DNA from: Eledone cirrhosa
Taxonomy: Eukaryota
NCBI GenBank assembly: GCA_964016885.1
Contig: OZ024764.1
Span: 1,178,001-1,242,000 of the forward strand
Length of the DNA: 64,000 nt
Direction: 5' to 3'
Part shown: in pieces, positions 13,532 to 26,400 of the stretch
Layout of the letters: every line of letters begins with the position of its first letter
Position numbering within the stretch: position 1 is the first letter of the stretch
Notes under the pieces: model-generated
What the model was told of the DNA's origin: nothing
The model's input: only the letters and a program-made list of their open reading frames with translations
Databases searched by the model: none
Position numbers and translations under genes: made by a program

Positions 13532-13796
13532 TCATCATCATCATTTCATTTTACGTCCGCCTTTCCCTGCTTGCAAGTGTGGGACGGGAACTGATTCTGG
13601 CTTGATTTCTACAGCTGGATGCCCTTCCTAACACCAACCTCATTTACAGTGAATGCTGGGTGCTTTTTTGCCGTGGCACCTCCACTTTGCAGTGGAATGA
13701 TAGAGACCCCAGTCCCTATCATCTCATTTCTACAGCTGAGTAAACTGGAGCAATGTGAAATAAAGTGACTTGCTGAGAATTGAACTCACAACCTTT

Positions 13797-13797
<1 letters not shown>
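13532..13797 (-). mobile_element. tRNA-SINE with RTE tail, 5'-truncated
   Basis: Same body as 16031-16373 with deletions. Confidence 0.8.
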
Positions 13798-13832
<35 letters not shown>

Positions 13833-13835
<3 letters not shown>

Positions 13836-15268
13836 GTTCTCAGCCCCCTACTATTTATTATTGCCCTTCAGGATATAACAGAGGAGTTCAAGACCGGCTG
13901 CCCATGGGAACTCCTATACGCAGACGACCTGACACTCATAGCTGAATCAATGGCCGAGCTAGAGAAGAAATTCCAAACATGGAAGCACGGCCTAGAATCA
14001 AAAGGCCTTAAAATTAACCTGGCTAAGACTAAAGTTCTAGTTTGTAGGAAAGAAAATAAGGCGCCGGTCCCTTCCGGGAAATGGCGATGCTCAGTGTGTA
14101 GGAAAGGCGTAGGTAGAAACTCCATTTTATGTCCCAAATGCAAAGTGTGGGTGCATAAAAGATGTAGTGGGATCACAGGTAAGCTAACTAAGAACATAGA
14201 TTTTACATGTGGGTGGTGCTCTGGTGCAATAAGTAGCAGCGAGTGCCCACAAAATACTAACTCTTACAACTGCGCAGAGGGCTCTATAGAAATAGTGGAC
14301 AGCTTCCGTTACCTGGGTGACAAAATCAGCAGTGGGGGAGGGTGCTCTGAAAGTACAGTAGCTAGAGTCAGAACTGGATGGAAAAAGTTCAGAGAGCTTA
14401 TACCACTATTAGCCGCTAAAGGGTTCTCCCTAAAAATGAAAGGCAGGTTGTATGATGCATGCATACGAACAGCAATGTTGCATGGCAGTGAGACCTGGGC
14501 ATTGTGTGCAGAGGATATACGCAGACTAGAGAGCAACGAAGCTTGCATGCTCTGCTGGATGTGTAATAGTAATATACGTGAACGGCAAAGCATAAACGAA
14601 CTAAGAAAAAAAAAATTAGAAATAAGAGGGATCAGATGTTGTTTACTCGAGAGAAGGCTACGTTGGTACGGACACGTGATGCGCATGAAAGTCGATAGCT
14701 GTATAACAAAGTGCAGGGCAATAAAGATAGACGGTAGCCACGGAATAGGCAGACCTAGAAAATCCTGGGACGAGCTGATAAACTCCGACCTCACACACTT
14801 ACACCTCTCCAAGACAATGTCACTGGACCGAGACCTTTGGCAGTACTCAGTAATAGAGAAGACCCGCCTTACCTAAATACATAGTAAAAGCTACTACAGC
14901 CAGTAGGCATCTCTAACAAAATACACCCCCGTCTCACCACCCACACCCCCATCCACACCACCCCCTCCTATGTAAAGTTGTGTTGGTGCCACAACATCCA
15001 GGCCGAAACAAATGAGATCGTGTAGGTGTCACGACAAAAAAACACACAGTCCACGCTGTAATGTGGCCGTGTAGGCAACACGGTAAAAACCTCCCAGTCC
15101 CACACTGTAAATGTGGTTGGTGTTAGGAAGGGCATCCAGCCGTAGAAAACCCGCCAGACAGTCCTATGCAAGCAAGACAATCACTCTTGCCTCAAGTGGG
15201 AATACCCCCGTCCAAACCCATGCAAGCGTGGAACACGGACGTTAAACGTTGATGATGATGATGATGAT
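13833..15268 (+). mobile_element. 5'-truncated RTE-clade LINE (C-terminal RT, PHD-like finger, 3'UTR, (GAT)n tail)
   Basis: Motifs SVLSPLLF, LLYADD, YLG, LHGSETW, LRWYGHVMRM, GRPRKSW; stop at 14876. The 3'UTR contains 48-bp-type units and ends ggacgttaaacgtt(gat)n. Confidence 0.92.
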
Positions 15269-15582
15269 ATATATATATATGAATATATATATATATATAT
15301 GAATATATATATATATATATTCATATATATATATATGAATATATATATATATATATATATATAAAAGAAGAAATTAAAATAAAAGATGGTTAAAAAAGTT
15401 CCCAATTTTAACCATCTTTTAATTTCTTCTTTAATGTATACTCCAGTTCTACCAACTGTTGAGTGCTACTTCTATGATATATGCATAGTTTTATTGTTCT
15501 ACAATATTACTCACCTCCTATATATATATATATATATATATGTCTATATGTGTGTGTATATGTGTATGTCTATATGCCTACA

Positions 15583-15670
15583 CAGTTGTCCCCTGATATT
15601 TGCAGGGGTTATGTTCCCAGAACACCCATGAAGAGTGAAAAACCATAAATATTAGACATGGTCCATAAAA
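15583..15670 (+). mobile_element. Possible Tigger/pogo-like DNA transposon terminus
   Basis: cagttgtcccctgatatttgcaggggttatgttcc resembles Tigger TIR consensus as recalled. No partner end was seen. Confidence 0.4.
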
Positions 15671-16030
15671 ACACCCAGGGGTCTAGCTATGTGTCAACCA
15701 CACAAGATCTGTCACCATAACAACCAGACAACAGGAAACACAGACTTCCCTTCCTTGCCAGAGTTACAATACAGTGGAGAGATGTTCACGTTGAAGTTTG
15801 GCCAACAGTTAAATATGTCATACACGTGAGTGTTACAACAACAACAACAACAGTGACAACAAAAGTGTGTGGGAATATTTCTTTAATTAACCTTAGACAT
15901 TTATTTCTATCAAGTTTAACACGTGTGAATCTATACCCCCCCCCCCTTTCTTATACAATGTGTTGGCTGTGTGGATGTTAAAAACCACAGGATTTCAAAA
16001 ACAGTCACACACACATATATATATATATAT

Positions 16031-16373
16031 CATCATTCATCATCATTTCTTTTTACGTCCACTTTTCCCTGCTTGCAAGGGTGGGACGGAAACTGATGCT
16101 GGCATGATTTCTACAGCTGGATGCCCTTCCTAACACCAACCTCATTTACAGTGAGTGCTGGGTGCTTTTTTGCCGTGGCACCTCCACGACCACTTTGCAG
16201 TGGAATGATAGGGATCCCAGTCCCTATCATCTCATTTCTACAGCTGAGTAAACTGGAGCAATGTGAAATAAAGTGTCTTGCTCAAGGAAACAACACATCA
16301 CCCAGTCTGAGAATTGAACTCACAACCTTTCGATTGCAAGGCCAATGCTCTAACCACTAAGCCATGTGCCTCC
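16031..16373 (-). mobile_element. Full-length tRNA-derived SINE (V-domain-like centre, RTE-type tail)
   Basis: Minus strand: A-box tggcttagtgg, B-box gagttcaattc, centre ccttgagcaagacactt, tail cccacccttgcaagcagggaaaaagtggacg(atg)n. Confidence 0.9.
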
Positions 16374-16413
16374 ATATATATATTATTATGTAATAAACAA
16401 CATAAGGCAATTA

Positions 16414-16473
16414 TTCCATTTACCAGTGGTTTCTTAAAAGCAAAAGATTTTGCTTTCAATCCTCAGAATGAAA
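16414..16473 (-). ncRNA. Type-I hammerhead ribozyme motif (antisense arm)
   Basis: Reverse-complement copy of 16518-16577, with one G-U pair in stem I. Confidence 0.75.
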
Positions 16474-16517
16474 AAATCCTGGTCTGTTTATTGAATTCAA
16501 TAAACAGACCAGGATTT

Positions 16518-16577
16518 TTTCATTCTGAGGATTGAAAGCAAAACCTTTTGCTTTTAAGAAACCACTGGTAAATGAAA
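16518..16577 (+). ncRNA. Type-I hammerhead ribozyme motif, predicted cleavage after 16570 (GUA)
   Basis: UUUCAUU-CUGAGGA-[UUGAAAGCAAAA cc UUUUGCUUUUAA]-GAAACC-ACU-GGUA/AAUGAAA. Stem I 7 bp, stem II about 11-12 bp, canonical core. Confidence 0.85.
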
Positions 16578-16702
16578 TAATTGCCTTATGTTGTTTATTA
16601 CATAACTATTAAGCTCTGTTACCTACATAGAGCACTCTTTTTTCCTGGACTTTTCCGATGGAATTACTTCATTCACACACATATATATATATATATATAT
16701 TC

Positions 16703-16935
16703 GGTATGGTCACGTGATGCGCATGAAAGACGACAGCTGTATAACAAAGTGCAGGGCGATCAAAATAGACGGTAGCTACGGAGTAGGCAGACCCAGAAAA
16801 ACCTGGGACGACTTGATAAATTCCGACCTCACACACTTACACCTCTTTAAGACAATGTCACTGGACCGAGATCTTTGGCGCTACACAGTAATACAGAAGA
16901 CCCGCCTTGCCTAAGTACAAAGCGAAACCTACAGT
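16703..16935 (+). mobile_element. RTE LINE 3' fragment (same family as 13833-15268)
   Basis: YGHVMRMKDDSCITKCRAIKIDG...GRPRKTWDDLINSDL. Confidence 0.85.
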
Positions 16936-17341
16936 CAAAAGGGCGCATAATGGGGAAATACTTTGAAAGGAAGTTGACCCTGAAATGGGAATACAAATTG
17001 AATAAAACAAGTTTCACGTAAATCGGAGCATGGGTTCCCGAGATATGGGGTTTTTCTGGGTATCTTCATAAATATAGAGAGAGAAGAATAGAGAGGAAGA
17101 GATAGTGGTTGTGAGAGAGTAGATTGAAAGAGAGACATAGAGACACCCACATATATATATACACATATATAAATATATACACACACGTATATATATGGGC
17201 TTTCCAGTTTCATTTCTCATTATATACATGTCTGTGTATATTTTAATTATTTAAAAATTATTTTTAAGTGAACGTGATTTTTAAAAAAATATTTTGAATT
17301 GAACTTGACCCGAGGGGTCATGGGTGGTCTAGTATATATAT

Positions 17342-17891
17342 CTTGGAGTCTCAGTCATTGGTGTTATTTAACTGGAAAGTTTGTTCAAATGAACATCAAG
17401 CTGCTACCTGCAGCCTCAGATATTCAGGACGTATCGGAGGGTTGTTGCTGTTCCCAGCAAGCATGCCTTTTGAAGTGTTCCAAAAAACGGGGCTGGACTA
17501 ATCTTCTTTAACCATCCTTGCAAACTCCTTGAGATTGTACCTAGTGCTCCTATGACATTCAGGACGTATCGGAGGGTTGTTGCTGTTCCCAGCAAGCATG
17601 CCTTTTGAAGTGTTCCAAAAAACGGGGCTGGACTAATCTTTTTTAACCATCCTTGGAAACTCCTTGAGATAGTACCTAGTGCTCCTGTGACAATCGGGAC
17701 GACCTTGATTTCATGGCAGTCCCAAATCCTTTTTAACTCCCACTTTAAATCCTGGTATCAGTTAATTTTCTCCCTCTCCTTTTCTTCCACTCTTGTGTCA
17801 AAGGGGCAAGGTACATCTACAATCAGGCACAATCTCTTTTCCTTGTCAAAAACCACCAGGTCAGGCCTATTGTGTTCTAATTTCTTGTCTG
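17342..17891 (-). mobile_element. R4/Dong-like non-LTR retrotransposon 3' end (restriction-like endonuclease domain), degenerate
   Basis: Minus strand KKLEHNRPDLVVFDKEKRLCLIVDVPCPFD...EKIN*YQDL...VVPIVTGALG...LQKACLLGTA (PD..D RLE motif). The last 135 bp are tandemly duplicated (17422-17556 and 17557-17691). Confidence 0.8.
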
Positions 17892-17904
17892 CCTTCATCT
17901 TTTC

Positions 17905-18130
17905 TTCTTCCACTTATTCCTGAGAGGGTCAAGGGGGCAGAGTCCTCAAACACTCCCTCCAGTGGGTCCTGTCAGGAGCAACTATCTCATCCCTATTTAT
18001 TCCTGAGAGGGTCAAGGGGTCAGAGTCCTCAAACACTCCCTCCAGTGGGTCCTGTCAGAAGCAACCGTCTCCAACTGATCCAGCTGGGTCCCCAAGAGAG
18101 ACCAGCCAAGCTCATGGATGTTATACTCAT
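17905..18130 (-). mobile_element. LINE 3' fragment related to 31936-32195, with an internal duplication of about 85 bp
   Basis: ttattcctgagagggtcaagggg...gtcctgtcag occurs twice and resembles the reverse complement of 32060-32195. Confidence 0.6.
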
Positions 18131-18144
18131 ACCGCTTCTCAGAA

Positions 18145-18846
18145 TCATCATCATCATCATCACTGTCTTACGTCCGTTCCTCCACGCTAGCATGGGTTAG
18201 ACGGGTTGTCCTGTTGTGGGCAGTGTCTGGTCGGCTGACCATGCCTTGCTCATACATAATTGTTTCTACTTTAGGCACAAGGCCAGCAATTACCCCAGTG
18301 CATTACTGGTACTTTATTTTATCGACCCCGTAAGGATGAAAGGCAAAGTTAACCTCGGCGGGATTTGAACTCAAACCGTAATACATAATATTTACATCTA
18401 CTTATACATGTATACGAGCATACATACACATGCATATACATCATCATCACCGTTTTAAGTCCGTTCTTCCATGCTAGCATGGGTTAGACGGGTTGTCCTG
18501 TTGTGGGCAGTGTCCGGTCGGCTGACCATGTCTTGCTCATACAGGAACTGATTTTGGCTTGATTTCTACAGCTGGATGCCCTTCCTAACACCAACCTCAT
18601 TTAGAGTGTGGGCTGGGTGCTTTTTTTCCATAGTGTCTACACGTCCACTTTACAGTGTGGGCTGGGTGCTTTTTTTCCGTGGCACCTCCACGTCCACTTT
18701 ACAGTGTGGGCTGGGTGCTTTTTTTCCGTGGCACCTCCACGTCCACTTTACAGTGTGGGCTGGGTGCTTTTTTTCCGTGGCACCTCCACGACCACTTTGC
18801 AGTGGAAGGGTGTGGGGGCATATTGTCTATATGCTTCAGCTTCGGC
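18145..18846 (-). mobile_element. Nested RTE 3'UTR fragments (with three 48-bp-type units) and a partial MetaSINE-like SINE (18257-18381)
   Basis: 18440-18846 matches the 3'UTR of the RTE at 52122-52437, including catattgtctatatgcttcagctt. Confidence 0.75.
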
Positions 18847-18897
18847 TGAGGTAAATTATTTAGTTTGCATAAATACCAGTGAATCATCTTTCCTATT

Positions 18898-19357
18898 AAG
18901 GTGGAAAAAATTACTTGGTATAAAAACGAGAGGAAACAACAAACAAGAAAGATCAGAACGTTGGTGGAAGAAACGACTGAATGGTCAAATCAAGGAAATG
19001 AGAAAAGACATTGGAAAGCTTGAGTCTTTACTGAATGGGACATTACAAAACATAGACACTAAAGTTAGATTGGAAATAAAGTACAAAACTAAGGGGAAAA
19101 GAGCTAAATATTATCATAGAGGAACTGAAGCAATGCATTGTAGCAAAAAGTGCAAAGATTAGGCGATATGAGAGCAGAGTCAGTCAGTATAGACAGAACC
19201 GCATGTTTGACAACAACCAGAAGATGTTGTTTGGACAGCTTGAAGGGAAAGAAAGAGGTAACGACTTGATCCCAGAGGCGGAACAGACTAAGACATTCTG
19301 GAGAGGAATATGGGAGCAGGATGTTGAACATAATAGTCAGGCAGTGTGGATTGAGAC
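18898..19357 (+). mobile_element. R4/Dong-like LINE internal fragment (pre-RT region), frameshifted
   Basis: WWKKRLNGQIKEMRKDIGKL..., then after a frameshift EELKQCIVAKSAKIRRYESRVSQYRQNRMFDNNQK...PEAEQTKTFWRGIWEQDVEHNSQAVWI. Confidence 0.7.
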
Positions 19358-19615
19358 TTGATTGATTTCTATCACCAACTCTGGTTTATGTTCAAACCAC
19401 TTACCATGGGGTAAATTATTTAGCTTGCATAAATACCAGTGAATCACCTTTCCTATTATTATTGTTATAATCCTCTGTTTTTTGTTTTTTTACACGCAGA
19501 AATACCCTTTTGTACCGTCCAGTATTGTCCTGTACTGTCCTTAATGTCTACTTTGTGTAAACCCTTGTGGTTAATAAAGAAAGCATTATTGTTATCATCA
19601 TTATTATTATTGAAA

Positions 19616-19813
19616 GGGTGGTGAATTGGCAGTATCGGTAGAGGGTTGGACGCCATGCTTTCTAGCATAATTACGTCCCTTTACAATCTGAGTTCAAATC
19701 GCGCCGAGGTTAACTTTGCCTTTCATCCTTACGGGGTCAATAAAATAAAGTACCAGTAATGTACTAGGTAATTGCTGGCCTTGTGCCTAAAGTAGAAACA
19801 ATTATTATTATTA
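19616..19813 (+). mobile_element. tRNA-SINE with MetaSINE-like domain and (ATT)n tail
   Basis: ggtgaattggcagtatcggtag...gagttcaaatc...gcctttcatccttacggggtcaataaaataaagtaccag...gtagaaacaattattatt. Confidence 0.8.
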
Positions 19814-19914
19814 TCTCGGTGGGAATTTCTTTGTTATTACCTGAAGATCAACAGACACACCTGTGGGAAGGTTTCTTTATTTAACCTTAATTGATTACAC
19901 ATATCAAGTTTAAC

Positions 19915-20390
19915 ACATGTGTGTATGCGTGTGTGTATGTGTGTGTATGTGTGTGTGTGTGTATATATGTCTGTCTGTGTGTATGTGTATATGTGTATAT
20001 GTGTGTCTGTGTGTGTGTGTGTGTATAGGTGTGTGTATATATGTGTGTGTGTATGTGCATGTATATGTGTGAGTATCTGTGTGTATGTGAATGTGTATGT
20101 ATATGTGTGTATATGTGCATGTATATGTGTGTGTGTGTGTTATTGTGTGTGTGTGTATGTCTGTCTGTGTATGTGTATATGTGTGTCTGTGTGTGTGTGT
20201 GTATAGGTGTGTGTATATATGTGTGTGTGTATGTGCATGTATATGTGTGAGTATCTGTGTGTATGTGAATGTGTGTATATGTGCATGTATATGTGTGTGT
20301 GTGTGTGTATATGTGTGTCTATATGTGTGTGTGTGTGTGTCTATATGTGTGTGTGTGTGTGTATATGTGTGTCTATATGTGTGTGTGTGT
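19915..20390. repeat. Compound (TG/TA)n microsatellite
   Basis: Visible directly in the sequence. Confidence 0.95.
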
Positions 20391-20440
20391 GAATGAGTTA
20401 AGATCCAACACATCATTGTAAAAACATGCAGATCAACACA

Positions 20441-23400
20441 CAATGTGTACCTGGGTATTTAGTACCCTAGGCTAGCTCTACAATGTGTACCTGGGTATTT
20501 AGTACCCTAGGCTAGCTCTACAATGTGTACCTGGGTATTTAGTACCCTAGGTTAGCTCTACAATGTGTACCTGGGTATTTAGTACCATAGGTTAGCTCTA
20601 CAATGTATACCTGGGTATTTAGTACCCTAGGCTAGCTCTGCAATGTGTACCTGGGTATTTAGTACCCTAGGCTAGCTCTACAATGTGTACCTGGGTATTT
20701 AGTACCCTAGACTAGCTCTACAATGTGTACCAGGGTATTTAGTACCCTAGGTTAGCTCTACAATGTGTACCTGGGTATTTAGTACCATAGGTTAGCTCTA
20801 CAATGTATACCTGGGTATTTAGTACCGTAGGCTAGCTCTGCAATGTGTACCTGGGTATTTAGTACCCTAGGCTAGCTCTACAATGTGTACCTGGGTATTT
20901 AGTACCCTAGACTAGCTCTACAATGTGTACCAGGGTATTTAGTACCCTAGACTAGCTCTACAATGTGTACCTGGGTATTTAGTACCCTAGGCTAGCTCTA
21001 CAATGTGTACCTGGGTATTTAGTACCCTAGACTAGCTCTACAATGTGTACCTGGGTATTTAGTACCCTAGGTTAGCTCTACAATGTGTACCTGGGTGTTT
21101 AGTACCATAGGTTAGCTCTACAATGTATACCTGGGTATTTAGTACCCTAGGTTAGCTCTACAATGTATACCTGGGTATTTAGTACCCTAGGCTAGCTCTG
21201 CAATGTGTACCTGGGTATTTAGTACCCTAGGCTAGCTCTACAATGTGTACCTGGGTATTTAGTACCCTAGACTAGCTCTACAATGTGTACCAGGGTATTT
21301 AGTACCCTGGATTAGCTCTACAATGTGTACCTGGGTATTTAGTACCCTAGGCTAGCTCTACAATGTGTACCTGGGTATTTAGTACCCTAGACTAGCTCTA
21401 CAATGTGTACCTGGGTATTTAGTACCCTAGGTTAGCTCTACAATGTATACCTGGGTATTTAGTACCATAGGTTAGCTCTACAATGTATACCTGGGTATTT
21501 AGTACCCTAGGCTAGCTCTGCAATGTGTACCTCGGTACTTAGTACTCTAGGTTAGCTCTACAATGTGTACCTGGGTATTTAGTACCCTAGGCTAGCTCTA
21601 CAAGGTGTACCTGGGTATTTAGTACACTAGGCTAGCTCTACAATGTGTACCTGGGTATTTAGTACCCGAGGCTAGCTCCACAATATGTACCTGGGTATTT
21701 AGTACCCTAGGCTAGCTCCACAATGTGTACCTGGGTATTTAGTACCCTAGGCTAGCTCTACAATGTGTACCTGGGTATTTAGTACCCTAGGCTAGCTCTA
21801 CAGTGTGTACCAGTGTATTTAGTACCTTAGGCTAGCTCTACAATGTGTACCTGGGTATTTAGTACCCTAGGTTAGCTCTACAATGTGTACCTGGGTATTT
21901 AGTACCCTAGGCTAGCTCTACAATGTGTACCAGTGTATTTAGTACCCTAGGCTAGCTCTACTATGTGTACCAGTGTATTTAGTACCCTAGGCTAGCTCTA
22001 CAATGTGTACCTGGGTATTTAGTACCCTAGGCTAGCTCTACAATGTGTACCTGGGTATTTAGTACCCTAGTCTAGCTCCACAATATGTACCTGGGTATTT
22101 AGTACCCTAGGTGAGCACTACAATGTGTACCTAGGTATTTAGTACCCTAGGCTAGCTCTACAATGTGTACCAGTGTATTTAGTACCCTAGGCTAGCTCTA
22201 CTATGTGTACCAGTGTATTTAGTATCCTAGGCTAGCTCTACAGTGTGTACCTGGGTATTTAGTACCCTAGGCTAGCTCTACAATGTGTACCTGGGTATTT
22301 AGTACCCTAGTCTAGCTCCACAATATGTACCTGGGTGTTTAGTACCCTAGGTGAGCACTATAATGTGTACCTGGGTATTTAGTACCCTAGGCTAGCTCTA
22401 CAATGTGTACCAGTGTATTTAGTACCCTAGGTTAGCTCTACAATGTATACCTGGGTATTTAGTACCCTAGGTTAGCTCTACAATGTGTACCTGGGTATTT
22501 AGTACCAGAGGATAGCTCTACTATGTGTACCTGGGTATTTAGTACCCTAGGCTAGCTCCACAATATGTACCTGGGTATTTAGTACCCTAGGCTAGCTCTA
22601 CTATGTGTACCTGGGTATTTAGTACCCTAGACTAGCTCCACAATATGTACCTGGGTATTTAGTACCCTAGGCTAGCTCTACAATGTGTACCTGGGTATTT
22701 AGTACCCTAGGCTAGCTCTACTATGTGTACCTGGGTATTTAGTACCCTAGGCTAGCTCTACAATGTGTACCTGGGTATTTAGTACCCGAGGCTAGCTCCA
22801 CAATATGTACCTGGGTATTTAGTACCCTAGGCTAGCTCTACAATGTGTACCTGGGTATTTAGTACCCTAGACTAGCTCTACAATGTGTACCAGGGTATTT
22901 GGTACCCTAGACTAGCTCTACAATGTGTACCTGGGTATTTAGTACCCTAGGCTAGCTCTACAATGTGTACCTGGGTATTTAGTACCATAGGTTAGCTCTA
23001 CAATGTATACCTGGGTATTTAGTACCGTAGGCTAGCTCTGCAATGTGTACCTGGGTATTTAGTACCCTAGGCTAGCTCTACAATGTGTACCTGGGTATTT
23101 AGTACCCTAGACTAGCTCTACAATGTGTACCAGGGTATTTAGTACCCTAGACTAGCTCTACAATGTGTACCTGGGTATTTAGTACCCTAGGCTAGCTCTA
23201 CAATGTGTACCTGGGTATTTAGTACCCTAGACTAGCTCTACAATGTGTACCTGGGTATTTAGTACCCTAGGTTAGCTCTACAATGTGTACCTGGGTATTT
23301 AGTACCGTAGGTTAGCTCTACAATGTATACCTGGGTATTTAGTACCCTAGGCTAGCTCTGCAATGTGTACCTGGGTATTTAGTAGCCTAGGCTAGCTCTA

Positions 23401-26400
23401 CAATGTGTACCAGGGTATTTAGTACCCTAGACTAGCTCTACAATGCGTACCTGGGTATTTAGTACCCTAGGCTAGCTCTGCAATGTGTACCTGGGTATTT
23501 AGTACCCTAGGTTAGCTCTACAATGTGTACCTGGGTATTTAGTACCCTAGGTTAGCTCTACAATGTGTACCTGGGTATTTAGTACCATAGCTTAGCTCTA
23601 CAATGTATACCTGGGTATTTAGTACCCTAGGCTAGCTCTGCAATGTGTACCTGGGTATTTAGTACCCTAGGCTAGCTCTACAATGTGTACCTGGGTATTT
23701 AGTACCCTAGACTAGCTCTACAATGTGTACCAGGGTATTTAGTACCCTAGATTAGCTCTACAATGTGTACCTGGGTATTTAGTACCCTAGGCTAGCTCTA
23801 CAATGTGTACCTGGGTATTTAGTACCCTAGACTAGCTCTACAATGTGTACCTGGGTATTTAGTACCCTAGGTTAGCTCTACAATGTATACCTGGGTATTT
23901 AGTACCATAGGTTAGCTCTACAATGTATACCTGGGTATTTAGTACCCTAGGCTAGCTCTGCAATGTGTACCTCGGTACTTAGTACCCTAGGTTAGCTCTA
24001 CAATGTGTACCTGGGGATTTAGTACCCTAGGCTAGCTCTACAAGGTGTACCTGGGTATTTAGTACACTAGGCTAGCTCTACAATGTGTACCTGGGTATTT
24101 AGTACCCGAGGCTAGCTCCACAATATGTACCTGGGTATTTAGTACCCTAGGCTAGCTCCACAATGTGTACCTGGGTATTTAGTACCCTAGGCTAGCTCTA
24201 CAATGTGTACCTGGGTATTTAGTACCCTAGGCTAGCTCTACAGTGTGTACCAGTGTATTTAGTACCCTAGGCTAGCTCTACAATGTGTACCTGGGTATTT
24301 AGTACCCTAGGTTAGCTCTACAATGTGTACCTGGGTATTTAGTACCCTAGGCTAGCTCTACAATGTGTACCAGTGTATTTAGTACCCTAGGCTAGGTCTA
24401 CTATGTGTACCAGTGTATTTAGTACCCTAGGCTAGCTCTACAATGTGTACCTGGGTATTTAGTACCCTAGGCTAGCTCTACAATGTGTACCTGGGTATTT
24501 AGTACCCTAGTCTAGCTCCACAATATGTACCTGGGTATTTAGTACCCTAGGTGAGCACTACAATGTGTACCTAGGTATTTAGTACACTAGGCTAGCTCTA
24601 CAATGTGTACCAGTGTATTTAGTACCCTAGGCTAGCTCTACTATGTGTACCAGTGTATTTAGTATCCTAGGCTAGCTCTACAGTGTGTACCTGGGTATTT
24701 AGTACCCTAGGCTAGCTCTACAATGTGTACCTGGGTATTTAGTACCCTAGTCTAGCTCCACAATATGTACCTGGGTGTTTAGTACCCTAGGTGAGCACTA
24801 CAATGTGTACCTGGGTATTTAGTACCCTAGGCTAGCTCTACAATGTGTACCAGTGTATTTAGTACCCTAGGTTAGCTCTACAATGTATAACTGGGTATTT
24901 AGTACCCTAGGTTAGCTCTACAATGTGTACCTGGGTATTTAGTACCCGAGGATAGCTCTACTATGTGTACCTGGGTATTTAGTACCCTAGGCTAGCTCCA
25001 CAATATGTACCTGGGTATTTAGTACCCTAGGCTAGCTCGACTATGTGTACCTGGGTATTTAGTACCCTAGGCTAGCGTCACAATATGTACCTGGGTATTT
25101 AGTACCCTAGGCTAGCTCTACAATGTGTACCTGGGTATTTAGTACCCTAGGCTAGCTCTATGTGTACCTGGGTATTTAGTACCCTAGGCTAGCTCTACAA
25201 TGTGTACCTGGGTATTTAGTACCCGAGGCTAGCTCCACAATAATTACCTGGGTATTTAGTACCCTAGGCTAGCTCCACAATATGTACCAGTGTATTTAGT
25301 ACCCTAGGCTAGCTCTAATATGTGTACCTGGGTATTTAGCACCCTAGGCTAGCTCCACAATATGTACCTGGGTATTTAGTACCCTAGGCTAGCTCTACAA
25401 TGTGTACCTGGGTATTTAGTACCCTAGGCTAGCTCTACTATGTGTACCTGGGTATTTAGTACCCTAGGCTAGCTCTACAATGTGTACCTGGGTATTTAGT
25501 ACCCGAGGCAAGCTCCACAATATGTACCTGGGTATTTAGTACCCTAGGCTAGCTCTACAATGTGTACCTGGGTATTTAGTACCCGAGGCTAGCTCCACAA
25601 TATGTACCTGGGTATTTAGTACCCCAGGCTAGCTCCACAATATGTACCAGTGTATTTAGTACCCTAGGCTAGCTCTACTATGTGTACCTGGGTATTTAGT
25701 ACCCTAGGCTAGCTCCACAATATGTACCTGGGTATTTAGTACCCTAGGTGAGCACTACAATGTGTACCTGGGTATTTAGTACCCTAGGTTAGCTCTACAA
25801 TGTGTACCTGGGTATTTAGTACCCTAGGTTAGCTCTACAATGTGTACCTGGTTAATTAGTACCCTAGGTTAGCTCTACAATGTGTACATGGGTATTTAGT
25901 ACCCTAGACTAGCTCTACAGTGTGTACCTGGGTATTTAGTACCCGACGCTAGCTCTACTATGTGTACCTGGGTATTTAGTACCCTAGGCTAGCTCCACAA
26001 TATGTACCTGGGTATTTAGTACCCTAGGCTAGCTCTACAATGTATAACTGGGTATTTAGTACCCTAGGTTAGCTCTACAATGTGTACCTGGGTATTTAGT
26101 ACCCGAGGATAGCTCTACTATGTGTACCTGGGTATTTAGTACCCTAGGCTAGCTCCACAATATGTACCTGGGTATTTAGTACCCTAGGCTAGCTCTACAA
26201 TGTGTACCAGTGTATTTAGTACCCTAGGCTAGCTCTACAATGTGTACCAGTGTATTTAGTACCCTAGGCTAGCTCTACTATGTGTACCAGTGTATTTAGT
26301 ATCCTAGGCTAGCTCTACAGTGTGTACCTGGGTATTTAGTACCCTAGGCTAGCTCTACAATGTGTACCTGGGTATTTAGTACCCTAGTCTAGCTCCACAA

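Larger units (their letters stand above)
16386..16605. repeat. Near-perfect 220-bp spacerless palindrome with a hammerhead in each arm
   Basis: Centre ttgaa|ttcaa at 16495/16496. The arms differ at only a few bases. Confidence 0.95.

Noticed and set aside
16290-16373. tRNA gene
   Set aside because: A and B boxes are present, but this is the head of a multi-copy SINE with no complete cloverleaf. The tRNA-like stretch at about 1535-1585 is likewise incomplete.
16935-17060. Helitron-like internal motif (aagtttcacgtaaatcgg...cccgagatatgg)
   Set aside because: Resemblance from memory only and no termini identified; too weak to call.
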